From positions 1 to 64,000 of the IMG/VR virus record IMGVR_UViG_3300026488_000020: 64,000 nucleotides of DNA. One strand, given 5' to 3'. Below, in pieces: positions 19,293 through 29,571 of the stretch. The translations under genes were made by a program, and so were the position numbers. The notes beneath the pieces were generated by a model. The model saw only the letters and a list, made by a program, of their open reading frames with translations, was not told the DNA's origin and did no database searches. Origin of the DNA: a virus. Each line of letters opens with the position of its first letter. The stretch's first letter is position 1.

Positions 19293-19886
19293 ATGTTTAA
19301 TGTAGAAACTGGGATGTTTACAAAAGAAAATGGCAAAATGTTTATTGATTGGTTTGATGAAGAAATCAATACAGAGAATCAATTGAATATGGTAGAATTA
19401 GATTATGTATATTTTAATCTTTTTGAGATCAATAAAACAGAGTTTCAAAAAGTTCTTGAAAAATGTAAAGAGTATAGTGAAATAACATATGAACAACATC
19501 AGGAATTGGTGGATGATGATCATTCCAAAAAATATATAGATATTAATAATAACTTATTTTTATCTGGAGCAATTGAAGGTGTTTCATTCGATTCAAATAA
19601 ACAGCTCACAATTTACGGAACAAACGCTCATTATACTATTTTGAGATTCGACGACAAGGATGCAACAACTGATGCTTATAATTTATTATGGCAAGGAATT
19701 GTTTATAATCGTTATGCAGTAATTGGTAAAGCCTTTGTAAAAAGAAGCCGTGTTGTTTCAACAAGATGGGACGATAATCAAGAGATGTTTATTACTTTAA
19801 AATCTAGATTGTTTTTAAAAACAATTGCCAATGAACATCAGGTTCAAGACTTTAATGATGTTATGAAAGGTAACTCATGTTATTAA
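19293..19886 (+). CDS. Hypothetical protein
   Basis: 197 aa, AAGGA RBS. Confidence 0.7.
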   Translation: MFNVETGMFTKENGKMFIDWFDEEINTENQLNMVELDYVYFNLFEINKTEFQKVLEKCKEYSEITYEQHQELVDDDHSKKYIDINNNLFLSGAIEGVSFDSNKQLTIYGTNAHYTILRFDDKDATTDAYNLLWQGIVYNRYAVIGKAFVKRSRVVSTRWDDNQEMFITLKSRLFLKTIANEHQVQDFNDVMKGNSCY

Positions 19887-20149
19887 GATTAATATTACAA
19901 TTAATCGTTTTAGGAATTGTTGCTCTTGATGGAAATGGTTACATTATTTATGTATTAACTATTATATTCATTATGCAATGGATGATCTTAAAACCTGCTT
20001 GGTCAAAAGCAAAAGAAGTTCACAGAGTTGAAATCTATAAGATCTATCGTCAGATGGAGTTACAGAGATTGATGCTAGTTGGTGATGTATTATTCATAGG
20101 TGTAACATTCTATGAACTTATATCATTTGTATTATATTTAATTAAATAA
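19877..20149 (+). CDS. Hypothetical membrane protein
   Basis: Hydrophobic segments. Confidence 0.6.
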   Translation: MLLRLILQLIVLGIVALDGNGYIIYVLTIIFIMQWMILKPAWSKAKEVHRVEIYKIYRQMELQRLMLVGDVLFIGVTFYELISFVLYLIK

Positions 20150-20169
20150 AGAAAATAAGGGAGAGAGTT

Positions 20170-20490
20170 ATGGGATATTACCATGAATTTAAAGAAGATA
20201 GAAAAGATGCCTTAAAACGGGTATTATGGATAAGTGCAATTGTATTGTTGCTTATGGTAATTTTTGGAATTGCTAGATCAGTTGGACTAATCGGTCAAAC
20301 TGCTGTTGAGAATGCGGTTTTTCAAAACTCATATCAAAAACAAAATGCTGATAAAAAAGCAAAAAATGTTTTTGCAGCACAACTTGCAGAGATTGAATAT
20401 CAACTTGCACATGAAACAGATGAAGATGTAATCAATCAACTTAGAAAACAACAGTCGATGCTTAGAGTCCAATCAGCGTCAGTTAGATAA
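20170..20490 (+). CDS. Single-pass membrane protein with coiled coil
   Basis: TM segment VLWISAIVLLLMVIFGIA. Confidence 0.65.
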   Translation: MGYYHEFKEDRKDALKRVLWISAIVLLLMVIFGIARSVGLIGQTAVENAVFQNSYQKQNADKKAKNVFAAQLAEIEYQLAHETDEDVINQLRKQQSMLRVQSASVR

Positions 20491-20523
20491 TCAGTTAGAT
20501 AAAAAACACAAAAAGGTAAAATC

Positions 20524-21084
20524 ATGAAAAAAATAATCGTATTAATCGCAACTCTAGTTGCCGTAACATTTAGCGCGTGTGGAACGCAATCAGCAGCAAA
20601 TAAAGAATCAGAAGCAGTTGAGAGACAACAAACACAATTCGCGAAAGGACAGCCCGTTCCAGCGAGTGCTTGGTCTCTAGAAAGAGATCTTTTAATTAAA
20701 CTTTATAACTTACGCAATGAGCGTGTATCAACGCACTCTGTATGGAGAAGCGATTACGGAATGATTGAAGGTGAATGTCAATCAATGGGTTACGGACTTC
20801 CTTATGATACATCATTAACAAACCCTTTTATGTTAACACATAAATATATTAGTTCAACAGCTGGTCGTATGAGTGGAGTAGTAGGTCAAGCAGAACCAAA
20901 TGGTATATTTGCAAGTACAAATACAAGTGCAACTTGGGTAATGTGTATTGGTGCAGGTGGAACTTTACAACCACATTATGTGGAGAGTAAGGTTACAGTT
21001 TATCCATATTTAGTTAAAGTAAATTTTGAAACTAATCGCGTTACACGTGTTGGTAAAAAATCAGTGAGCATTTCACAAAAATAA
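20524..21084 (+). CDS. Putative lipoprotein
   Basis: MKKIIVLIATLVAVTFSAC lipobox. Confidence 0.7.
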   Translation: MKKIIVLIATLVAVTFSACGTQSAANKESEAVERQQTQFAKGQPVPASAWSLERDLLIKLYNLRNERVSTHSVWRSDYGMIEGECQSMGYGLPYDTSLTNPFMLTHKYISSTAGRMSGVVGQAEPNGIFASTNTSATWVMCIGAGGTLQPHYVESKVTVYPYLVKVNFETNRVTRVGKKSVSISQK

Positions 21085-21124
21085 AACATTATAAAAAACA
21101 GTTAGAGTTTTTTAAGGGATCTAA

Positions 21125-21556
21125 ATGAAAAAAATAGAATTACACACAGATGGTTCAGCGTTAGGTAATCCAGGAAGAGGTGGATGGGGATTTATCCTTA
21201 TCTTTGGTAAACATGAGAAAGAAGGTTCTGGTAGTTTTAAACATGCTACAAATAATCAAATGGAGCTCACCGCCGTAATTAAAGGATTAGAATCAATTAA
21301 AGAACCATGTGATGTTCAATTATATTCTGATTCAAAGTATGTTTTAGATGGACTTGAAAAATGGATGATTAATTGGAAAAAGAACAATTGGAAAACAGCT
21401 GCGAAAAAACCAGTGAAAAATAAGGAACTCTGGATGGAATTAGATGCTTTAAGAGATAAGCATAAAATAACATTCAATTGGGTTAAGGGTCACAATGGTG
21501 ATGAATATAATGAACGAGTTGATGTTTTAGCAAATACTGCTGCACATAACGCGTAA
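21125..21556 (+). CDS. rnhA: Ribonuclease HI
   Basis: TDGSALGNPGRGGW, TNNQMELTAV, SDSKYV, WKKNNWKT, WVKGHNG, NERVD. Confidence 0.95.
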   Translation: MKKIELHTDGSALGNPGRGGWGFILIFGKHEKEGSGSFKHATNNQMELTAVIKGLESIKEPCDVQLYSDSKYVLDGLEKWMINWKKNNWKTAAKKPVKNKELWMELDALRDKHKITFNWVKGHNGDEYNERVDVLANTAAHNA

Positions 21557-21577
21557 ACGAAAGTTAAGGAAATTAAA

Positions 21578-22303
21578 ATGAGTAAAATGCAAAGAAAAAG
21601 ATTACACGTAAACGAGACAACTAAATATGGTTCATTAAAAATGCACCCATCACAACCTAAACACCGTAAACATGACCCAGATTTAGAAGCATCAATTATC
21701 AAACATGGAGGAAATATTCAACCAGGTCAGGTAAATAAACATAAAGTAATTTTAGATGGTCATGGTAGATTCCTTTATTGTAAAAAAAATAATCTACCTT
21801 TTAGTTACATCACTGTAGATGAGGGTGACTACAATTTAATTTCCGAACTTAACACAACTGGTTCATCATGGAGATTAGTAGATCATTTAGAATCACATGG
21901 TGCAACAGATAATAACTATAAGCAGTTATTTAATATGTTACTAAAACATGGTATAGCGTTTTCTGTTATTGATCAAAAACTCAATTTAACAACAAAACAT
22001 GTAAAACATGGATTACCAATAAATATTGATTTTGTTGATTTAGAAGAATTTATTCTTTTCAATAAAGAAGTGATAAAACTCACAGGTATTACAGCAACTA
22101 GAGCAGTTGCTAGAGCACTAGCATCATTCGATAAAATTGAAAAATTTGATCGAGAAAGAATGTTAAAAGCAATTATGAAAAATTGGACAAAACTTAATCC
22201 TGAAGTGATAGGTGGTGATCAATTTATTGCTAAAAAGTTATCAGAGGTTTATGATTATAAATCTAGATCAAAACTTAAACTATATTATTTAGTAAATAGT
22301 TAA
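21578..22303 (+). CDS. ParB/Srx N-terminal-domain protein
   Basis: VILDGHGRFLYC; paralog of 12971-13759. Confidence 0.7.
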   Translation: MSKMQRKRLHVNETTKYGSLKMHPSQPKHRKHDPDLEASIIKHGGNIQPGQVNKHKVILDGHGRFLYCKKNNLPFSYITVDEGDYNLISELNTTGSSWRLVDHLESHGATDNNYKQLFNMLLKHGIAFSVIDQKLNLTTKHVKHGLPINIDFVDLEEFILFNKEVIKLTGITATRAVARALASFDKIEKFDRERMLKAIMKNWTKLNPEVIGGDQFIAKKLSEVYDYKSRSKLKLYYLVNS

Positions 22304-22331
22304 AACGATCTTTATCGATAAAGATCGTTTT
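22302..22331. repeat. Perfect 30-bp palindrome AAAACGATCTTTATCGATAAAGATCGTTTT
   Basis: Self-complementary; identical copies at 62889, 62938 and 62987. Confidence 0.9.
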
Positions 22332-22459
22332 GTAAGATTAGATAGATAAAGAGATAAAGATGTAAAGATAATTATAGTTGAAACACTTGAACACTACAAT
22401 TGATGAGATTTAATCTCTGCTCTACATATCAATAACCCGAAACAGGAACAGGAAAAATT

Positions 22460-23572
22460 ATGAACAACAATACTACAACATCAGTAACAACACCAGTAAC
22501 AGCACCAGTAACAGCACCAGTGGAGGCGCCTTCAGTGGCAGTATCAAACACAACACCAGGAGTAACACCAATGATGAATACAACAGAAGCAACAACAGAA
22601 GCAACAACAGAAGCAACAACAGAAGCAACAACAGAAGCAACAACAGAAGCAGTAGTGGATGTAACAGCAGATTTATTTGATGCTGATGCACCAAAAGCGG
22701 AAAAAGTAGAAGTGCTTGAAAAAACAGAAACACACACAGCAGCGGTTGAAGCGGTTGAAGCAGCAAAAGCATTAGTTGATGAAGCGGTTGAAGCAGCAAA
22801 AGCTGAAAAAGAAACAGAAGTTGATGATATTGCACGCGTACAAAAAGTTATCCCAGCTGATTTAAAAGCTGATGTTAATTTCGACTTTTCAACATTACAT
22901 GCAGACCTTGCAACAGTTCATGCAGATAAAAATGTTTCACTAACAGCAAAAGATTTTGGTGGAAAAAACAACACAGCAGTTGTTCAATTTAATAATGGAA
23001 CATCAAAAGTTTTATCAAACATTTCAATGGATGGTTTAAGTACTTCAGTTGAGGGTGGATTCGTTCAAGCTCATGTTATGATTCCTTTAGATATGGTTGA
23101 AGATATTAGATCAATTCTTAAAGAAGCAAATGATAGAGCTTCTCAAATGATCGTTGATATGGTTGCTGCAAAAGCATCTAAGAAACAATCAGCTTTAAAA
23201 GAAGCAGTTAAAGCAGCAAAAGAAACTTTAAAAGAAGCAAAAGAAGCTCTAGCACCATTAGCTGATGAACACAAAGAAGCAATTAAAGTTGAGAAAGCTC
23301 GTCTTAAAGTAGTAGCAGATGCAGAAAAAGCTGCAAAAAAAGAAGAGAGAACTAAAGCAGCAGAAGCTAAAAAAGTAGAAGCCGAAGCTAAAAAAGCAGC
23401 AAAGATTGCAGCAAAAGCAGCAGCAGAAGCTAAAAAAGCAGCAGCAAAAGCAGCAGCAGTTGTAGCACCAGCAACAACAGTTTCAGCAGAAGAAGCAGCA
23501 GCAGCAAGTATTGTAGTTGATGCACCAGCAGCAACTCCTTCAATTGATATTGAAGCACTAGTAGCAGAGTAA
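22460..23572 (+). CDS. Low-complexity Thr/Ala-rich protein with a Lys/Ala-rich (histone H1-like) C-terminal region
   Basis: TTEA 12-bp repeats near 22580-22650; AEAKKAAAKAAA tract; strong GCA/ACA codon bias. Confidence 0.7.
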   Translation: MNNNTTTSVTTPVTAPVTAPVEAPSVAVSNTTPGVTPMMNTTEATTEATTEATTEATTEATTEAVVDVTADLFDADAPKAEKVEVLEKTETHTAAVEAVEAAKALVDEAVEAAKAEKETEVDDIARVQKVIPADLKADVNFDFSTLHADLATVHADKNVSLTAKDFGGKNNTAVVQFNNGTSKVLSNISMDGLSTSVEGGFVQAHVMIPLDMVEDIRSILKEANDRASQMIVDMVAAKASKKQSALKEAVKAAKETLKEAKEALAPLADEHKEAIKVEKARLKVVADAEKAAKKEERTKAAEAKKVEAEAKKAAKIAAKAAAEAKKAAAKAAAVVAPATTVSAEEAAAASIVVDAPAATPSIDIEALVAE

Positions 23573-23600
23573 ATTATGAATCAATTTCAGGATATAGAAG

Positions 23601-23620
23601 AAGAAGACTTCGGTCTTCTT
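23601..23620 (+). terminator. UUCG hairpin, possible terminator or processing site
   Basis: aagaagac-ttcg-gtcttctt. Confidence 0.5.
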
Positions 23621-23649
23621 GAAGAATAAATACAAATTAAAGGGAAATT

Positions 23650-24069
23650 ATGATAGTTGAAGTTGAAGAAGAATGGTATACGATTGGAATGTTATCAGCG
23701 AATCCTAAAAAATTATATGTTTTTGGTGATAACACTATTCGTGCAGGTCGAGGAGGACAAGCAGTTATTCGAGATTGTTTTAATGCAGTCGGAGTAGCTA
23801 CAAAACGATTACCAAGTGTTAGTGATAGTTCATATTATGCTGACACTCAATCAGATTATAAATCATTGACAAATGATTTATTTAATTTGTCAAAAGTAAT
23901 GGCGTCCCCTGAATTTCAGGACTGGACGATAGTATTTCCAAAAGATGGTTTAGGAACAGGTTTATCAGAAATGCCGCAAAGATCACCTTTTCTCTTTGAT
24001 GTTATGTCAAAATATTTAAAACAATATTTCAATGTTAATACAAACGATGATGGAACTTTAAACATTTAA
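23650..24069 (+). CDS. Conserved phage protein (FGDN...GxGGQA family)
   Basis: YVFGDNTIRAGRGGQAVIR...GVATK...FPKDGLGTG. Confidence 0.7.
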   Translation: MIVEVEEEWYTIGMLSANPKKLYVFGDNTIRAGRGGQAVIRDCFNAVGVATKRLPSVSDSSYYADTQSDYKSLTNDLFNLSKVMASPEFQDWTIVFPKDGLGTGLSEMPQRSPFLFDVMSKYLKQYFNVNTNDDGTLNI

Positions 24070-24095
24070 ACATTAGCTTCGGCTAATGTTTTTTT
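24068..24095 (+). terminator. Intrinsic terminator
   Basis: aaacattagc-ttcg-gctaatgttt followed by a T run. Confidence 0.85.
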
Positions 24096-24132
24096 AATTC
24101 AAAACACTTTTGAAGAACATAAAGGATAAGAA

Positions 24133-24987
24133 ATGTCAAAGAATAAAAAGCAAAGAGAACCAAGAAATGATGAAGGATATGATAAAACATATTTTTTAAA
24201 ACCCGAGAGATATGCAATTGATGAAATAGTTGAATATATCAACTCTGACGAATCATATGTTATATTAAATGATACTAGAGTAAAAGTTGAAGGTTTGAGA
24301 TTAAACACTTTTACAAAACACACAGTATGTTCATCATGTGGTAGAGCAGGATCACATTTTAGAATTGCTAGCAACAATGATTCTAAAAATGGTCCACACT
24401 CATTCCATTTATGTTTATGGTCAGATGATAAAATTCAAATGACAAAAGATCACATAATCCCAAAATCAAAAGGTGGTGCAGATCATCTCTCAAATATGCA
24501 ATGTATGTGCACAAAGTGTAATATGAAAAAGGGAAATAAGATGACAGACGATGACATCAAAAAAGGAGCATTTGTTGAAAATTATGATCCTATAAATTAT
24601 CCTGATAAACATGATAGTGGAAAGAAGATTGGAAAATCAACGGGTTTATCATATATATCGATCATGAAAAAACATGATCCAAAACATGAAGATATTTCAA
24701 GAGATGTTTTTAGAAATTCATATATAGGAAATTTATCAACCAGAGTAAATAAATGGTGTGAAAAACATCGTGCAAATATATACGAGCTTACAAAAGATCA
24801 TAATTTATGGGATCAGGCAACTATTGATGGAGTGTTAGATGATGCAACTATTGTATATAATTGTGTTCAAGAAATAGTAGACACATATCGAGGAACTTTT
24901 AGTGTTGAACATAAAGTTATGCGATTATTACCAAAGAAACAGCGACGCAAACTTTTAAAGAAATGGAGAACAGATGAAGAATCGTAA
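24133..24987 (+). CDS. HNH endonuclease
   Basis: CSSC...TKDHIIPKSKGGADHLSNMQCMCTKCNMKKG. Confidence 0.85.
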   Translation: MSKNKKQREPRNDEGYDKTYFLKPERYAIDEIVEYINSDESYVILNDTRVKVEGLRLNTFTKHTVCSSCGRAGSHFRIASNNDSKNGPHSFHLCLWSDDKIQMTKDHIIPKSKGGADHLSNMQCMCTKCNMKKGNKMTDDDIKKGAFVENYDPINYPDKHDSGKKIGKSTGLSYISIMKKHDPKHEDISRDVFRNSYIGNLSTRVNKWCEKHRANIYELTKDHNLWDQATIDGVLDDATIVYNCVQEIVDTYRGTFSVEHKVMRLLPKKQRRKLLKKWRTDEES

Positions 24988-25345
24988 ATATAAAACTTTA
25001 ATGTATGAAGCATTATCTGATGCTAATGAATATGCGTATGAGTCGAAACTTGATACAATATTGGAAGAAGTTAGAAAAGAAAAAAAGGACCTTAAACCTC
25101 ATGAGTTACATCTAGGTCATGGTGATGTGATTGATATGGCAGATATTTATAACCATCAGTCATTAGATGATGGTTGGCAAATGCGGGATGATCGTTCCGG
25201 TGAATATAGGGACACAATTTATTATTGTTATGATGCTAAAAAAGTATTAGAATTAATTAATCAAGGTTATGCAGAACTTGATTCAATTGAGTCATCAGCT
25301 GCAAAAAAAACAGCTTATTATTTTCGCATGCGTAGAAATTATTAA
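24974..25345 (+). CDS. Hypothetical protein
   Basis: Tiled ORF, GGAG RBS. Confidence 0.65.
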   Translation: MKNRKYKTLMYEALSDANEYAYESKLDTILEEVRKEKKDLKPHELHLGHGDVIDMADIYNHQSLDDGWQMRDDRSGEYRDTIYYCYDAKKVLELINQGYAELDSIESSAAKKTAYYFRMRRNY

Positions 25346-25356
25346 AAGGTTGTTAT

Positions 25357-25725
25357 ATGGATAATTTAGGATTAATAATTAATAGTCAATATGGTATAGC
25401 AGGTATAGCAGGAGATAGACAAAAAATGGATAGTTATCTAATGTTGATAATTTATGAACAATCTAATCCATATAATTTTTTGGCATCTCAAGCAGAAGCA
25501 GCAGTTGAATCATCATATTATTGGGAGAGTGAAAATGTAAAGTCTCTAATTAAAAGGGAACTATCCATTCAAGAAATACAGAAAAAGATAATGGGGAATG
25601 CAAAATTACACATTAATAAATATGCAGATTTAGATGTATCATGTTTTGAAAATTTGAAATATCAAGAAATACATGATTATAAATCTTTAGAATATCCAGG
25701 AAAAAGGAGTCGCAGATGGCGTTAA
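25357..25725 (+). CDS. Hypothetical protein
   Basis: Tiled ORF. Confidence 0.65.
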   Translation: MDNLGLIINSQYGIAGIAGDRQKMDSYLMLIIYEQSNPYNFLASQAEAAVESSYYWESENVKSLIKRELSIQEIQKKIMGNAKLHINKYADLDVSCFENLKYQEIHDYKSLEYPGKRSRRWR

Positions 25726-25994
25726 GTTTTGAAGAGGCTAGAAAATTATTAGCACAGGAAGAAGCTGTTCTAACAGCTTATAATATAATGTTGGTAAATG
25801 CTCAAGAGTATTTTGAAGCAAACTCGGTTAGTTCCAGATCAGAAGAAGATCAGATAATGTTTAGAAAGGTTGCAGTGTGCGATCATAGAAGATTAACGCA
25901 ACCACCTGGAACACCTTATATGACCGATGATGAAATTATATCTAGACTTCAAAGTCTAGATGAAAAATATGAAAAGGAAAAAGACAATGCGTAG
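25716..25994 (+). CDS. Hypothetical protein
   Basis: AAGGAG RBS. Confidence 0.65.
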   Translation: MALSFEEARKLLAQEEAVLTAYNIMLVNAQEYFEANSVSSRSEEDQIMFRKVAVCDHRRLTQPPGTPYMTDDEIISRLQSLDEKYEKEKDNA

Positions 25995-26304
25995 AAAAAC
26001 TTTAGATATTATAATGATGGGAATCTTATTAATGCCAAATGTAACTGTTAGTTACATTAGTGTATTTATTTCAAAATCTGATCAAGATTTATGGTTCGTC
26101 CTTAGTAGTTTGATCATTGCACTTATTGTGTTCGCGTCAAGTATATATGAGATGAAAGATGATAAAGAGTTTAAAAATTTTGGGTGGTATACTATATTAG
26201 TGATGCCTGGAATCAATGTAATATTACTTTTTGTAATATTAGTATTAGGTGGATTCATATATATGATCGAATCTTTTAAAAAATTTAGAAAGAATTTAAA
26301 ATGA
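25987..26304 (+). CDS. Hypothetical membrane protein
   Basis: Three hydrophobic segments. Confidence 0.6.
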   Translation: MRRKTLDIIMMGILLMPNVTVSYISVFISKSDQDLWFVLSSLIIALIVFASSIYEMKDDKEFKNFGWYTILVMPGINVILLFVILVLGGFIYMIESFKKFRKNLK

Positions 26305-26654
26305 AAATAAATTTTAAACTAGGAAAAGCCTTTTCAAAAGATGTTTTAACACGACTCATCAATCAAGGAGTTTGTAAAAATGTTTCGATTAATTCCAATG
26401 ATTTACACTTAACTGATATATTAACATTTGAGAATGAGTCTATAAACTTAATACTACATTTACCAAACTTTAAAAATGATGGGTGTTTATTTTTTATAGA
26501 AACTGGCTCTAATGACAATGCTATAGATTTAGTGGAAATATATTATAAATCATCTAAAACAATTGGAGAAGATTTTATAGTTACAGAAATTTTAAATTTT
26601 GCAGAACATGCTGCATTTAATTATGGTGAAATTAAAATTAAAATTAAGGAATAA
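26301..26654 (+). CDS. Hypothetical protein
   Basis: ATGA overlap with the upstream gene. Confidence 0.6.
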   Translation: MKINFKLGKAFSKDVLTRLINQGVCKNVSINSNDLHLTDILTFENESINLILHLPNFKNDGCLFFIETGSNDNAIDLVEIYYKSSKTIGEDFIVTEILNFAEHAAFNYGEIKIKIKE

Positions 26655-26656
26655 TT

Positions 26657-27067
26657 ATGAGCCCCGAATTAATGACTTATAAAACGTTTTGTGATTTAGA
26701 AGAAGAGAATATTTTAGAAATGAGAGATGATTTTGTATCAGACAATTATGATCGAATGAACTCAATTGCATTTATGTCACTAATTCCTGAAGGAGTTTTT
26801 GGTGTATCTATTTTTGGTGTAAGTTCAAAACTTTATATGAAATATGATGCAATTGATGTTGATAAATTTACAATAGATGAAACTAAAATATTATCAACAG
26901 CAGCTAATAAACTAATTGAGAAAAGTGATAAAGAGTTTTTAATATTAATATTAAAAACTCTTTTATTTAATTGTCAATGTGAGTTAGGTGGTATGTATAT
27001 AATGATGAAAATTCTTAGAGACCATCTTATAGAGCAAGGTGTAAATAAAATAGATTTGGAGTGTTAA
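26657..27067 (+). CDS. Hypothetical protein
   Basis: AAGGA RBS. Confidence 0.65.
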   Translation: MSPELMTYKTFCDLEEENILEMRDDFVSDNYDRMNSIAFMSLIPEGVFGVSIFGVSSKLYMKYDAIDVDKFTIDETKILSTAANKLIEKSDKEFLILILKTLLFNCQCELGGMYIMMKILRDHLIEQGVNKIDLEC

Positions 27068-27069
27068 TT

Positions 27070-27489
27070 ATGAGAGATTATGAAAGTATTAGAGAAGAGT
27101 GGATTCATTTAAGAAAGATCCCAAGTACAAAAAAAGTTGAAGTTGATTTTGTTAAACAAGCTACACTTGGACTAATTGTAGATAAGGTTGATAAGATGCG
27201 CAAGAGCGCTGGAAAAGGTGTATACGATGATTACGTCGCAGCAGCAATTAAAAGTGAATATAAGCAAACTATTGACGCTTTAAATCAAGGTGTTGAATGC
27301 CAAATTCAAGTAGATGTATTAGAAGCATTAATGCCTAAAGCATTAAGTCCTGAAGAAACATCTGGAACAATAATTGCGATAATTGCGAAATATGAAAAAC
27401 CAAATATGGGCACCATAATGAAAGATTTAAAAGATATCGAAGGCATCGATATGAAAATTGCATCTAAATTGGTCAAGGAGTTATTATAA
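27070..27489 (+). CDS. GatB/YqeY-domain protein
   Basis: LEALMPKALSPEE...NMGTIMKDLK...DMKIASKLVKELL. Confidence 0.7.
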   Translation: MRDYESIREEWIHLRKIPSTKKVEVDFVKQATLGLIVDKVDKMRKSAGKGVYDDYVAAAIKSEYKQTIDALNQGVECQIQVDVLEALMPKALSPEETSGTIIAIIAKYEKPNMGTIMKDLKDIEGIDMKIASKLVKELL

Positions 27490-27677
27490 TGGAAATTTTT
27501 TTAAATATATTATATATTTTAGTATTTGCTTCATATGTCTATATTGGTACAAAATTTATTGGAAGATCATCTCAATCTTGGAATTGGTATATATATATAT
27601 TTGAATTTTGTTTAGTATTACTTTGGCCAATTATTGCGATATTGGTTGCATTATTTGATAATAAGGATAAGTTATAG
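27489..27677 (+). CDS. Small membrane protein
   Basis: Two TM segments, AAGGAG RBS. Confidence 0.6.
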   Translation: MEIFLNILYILVFASYVYIGTKFIGRSSQSWNWYIYIFEFCLVLLWPIIAILVALFDNKDKL

Positions 27678-27886
27678 CTACAAAATTACGTGAACTTCAT
27701 TACACATACAATGAAAAACATTATGAAAAATTAAAACATATGAAAAATGTTGAAGTGACAATTGAGTATTTATATTATCACCCAACAATTCCATCATACT
27801 TAGTTGTAACATCAGATAAAAAAACAATAAATAAAATATTAAAAGATTTTAATATTTTAACATATGCACTTTCATAAGGAGGAAGC

Positions 27887-28462
27887 ATGATCAGTAAAAC
27901 ATTAACATGGGACGCAATATCACCTGGTGATAAATTCATAAGTTTCGATAAAGAATACACAATTGAATCAGTTATGGAATCAAAAACTAGTTTTTTATTA
28001 GAAGAATTAGATAGAGGTTTTTTAGCATTTAAAGATATTAATGATGTTGATTGGACATATATACAATCTAAGAATTATTTAGAAGTTAAAGAATCAGATG
28101 CGGATCATCCGCATGATCTTAACATTGTTATGAATAAAAAAGGTAAAGCAATTTTATCGTATTATTTATTTAAGACTGCTAAGAGATTAACATTTGATAT
28201 TTTACAACAATCAGATGAAACTAAATTTAAAGGAGATGATTTTGTAGGTTCGGGATTTGTATTTAAGGCTTCAAATGGTTATGAAGTAATCAGTAGAAGT
28301 AGAATGGATATTCAAACTGAGAGAATATGGTTACATGGTGCAACAACTAATGGTACTGAACATCGTTCAGGAACAATGGTTTTTTCATCGGATGCAAAAA
28401 GAGATATAGCTTATACAGAATTTGTAAAAGCTTTAAATGAATGGGGAGAAAATTATGAATAA
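27887..28462 (+). CDS. Hypothetical protein
   Basis: AAGGAGG RBS. Confidence 0.7.
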   Translation: MISKTLTWDAISPGDKFISFDKEYTIESVMESKTSFLLEELDRGFLAFKDINDVDWTYIQSKNYLEVKESDADHPHDLNIVMNKKGKAILSYYLFKTAKRLTFDILQQSDETKFKGDDFVGSGFVFKASNGYEVISRSRMDIQTERIWLHGATTNGTEHRSGTMVFSSDAKRDIAYTEFVKALNEWGENYE

Positions 28463-29231
28463 TAAATTATGTGTAGTATCAATGTCTGGTGGATTAGATA
28501 GTTCAACATTATTAGCTAGAGCTTTATCCGAAGGTAAAACATGTTTACCTATAAATTACAACTATGGTCAAGTCAATATTGTTGAAATGCACGCTCAAAA
28601 AAATGTATGGAAACATTTTAAAGATATTTATGGGGAACAACTGTTAGATACAATTGTTATTGATTTTACTAGCACCGTTGGTGATGTTATTAAAACATTT
28701 AGAGATAATATTGAGAATGGACACGCTGAAGAAACAACAGATATGAAATATTATATGCCATCAAGAAATCTTTTATTTATGAGTATGGCAGCTGTTGTTG
28801 GAGAAATTATAGCAAATGATAAAAGAATAACTAAACTAAGTTTAGGATTAGGTATTCATCAACATTCAGATATTTATGCAAAAGATTATTGGGATATTAG
28901 TCCACAATTTGCTAGTAAGTTGGCAGATCTTTTGAATTTAAATGATAATCTTGATGTTGAAATATATGCACCATATAAAGATGGATATAAATCTGAAATC
29001 GTAAAAGATTGTAAAACTTTTAAAGTTCCATATAAAAAAACTTGGACTTGTTATGAACCATATAAGTTACAAACTTGGAACGATGGGGACAATGATGGTG
29101 ATGCTATATATCAAAGATATGTTCCATGTTTAACGTGTGAAGCGTGTTTAGAAAGAGAAACACAATCAGAAGGTATCATTGAAGATATTAATGAATATTC
29201 AACAGATATTCAAATCGGTGTGATGGGTTAA
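28455..29231 (+). CDS. queC: QueC-family 7-cyano-7-deazaguanine synthase-like PP-loop ATPase
   Basis: VVSMSGGLDSS, YNYGQ, YMPSRNLLF, TWTCY, PCLTCEACLER. Confidence 0.85.
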   Translation: MNNKLCVVSMSGGLDSSTLLARALSEGKTCLPINYNYGQVNIVEMHAQKNVWKHFKDIYGEQLLDTIVIDFTSTVGDVIKTFRDNIENGHAEETTDMKYYMPSRNLLFMSMAAVVGEIIANDKRITKLSLGLGIHQHSDIYAKDYWDISPQFASKLADLLNLNDNLDVEIYAPYKDGYKSEIVKDCKTFKVPYKKTWTCYEPYKLQTWNDGDNDGDAIYQRYVPCLTCEACLERETQSEGIIEDINEYSTDIQIGVMG

Positions 29232-29232
29232 T

Positions 29233-29568
29233 ATGATGTTATATATATTTTATTTTTTTAGTACATTACTAATTTTAATGAATATTCGAATTTATATGAA
29301 CGCTATTTTGGGTCGTTCGTATAAACATTTTAATTTTTTATTATTATCATTAACTCTTATTGGAGTCCTTCTTACACCGTATCATTTATCTATTGAATTA
29401 ATTTTATATGTGTTATTTGGGACACTCTATGCGAATTTTATTAAGTTATCAATATCAGATGATATATCTGATTTTGGGATAAAAAGTTTTATTTTATTAA
29501 TACTATCACATGCATCATTTATGATATATGCAAATAATTATCAATCAATTTTTGATTACTGGAGATAA
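29233..29568 (+). CDS. Hypothetical membrane protein
   Basis: Four hydrophobic segments. Confidence 0.6.
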   Translation: MMLYIFYFFSTLLILMNIRIYMNAILGRSYKHFNFLLLSLTLIGVLLTPYHLSIELILYVLFGTLYANFIKLSISDDISDFGIKSFILLILSHASFMIYANNYQSIFDYWR

Positions 29569-29571
29569 ATA

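Noticed and set aside
20170-21084. i-spanin/o-spanin pair
   Set aside because: The TM-plus-lipoprotein arrangement fits loosely, but the lipoprotein is large and globular and no lysis cassette is adjacent
22429-22835. Minus-strand ORFs 22429-22737 and 22473-22835 (also 31838-32218)
   Set aside because: Shadow frames of low-complexity repeats in the plus-strand genes
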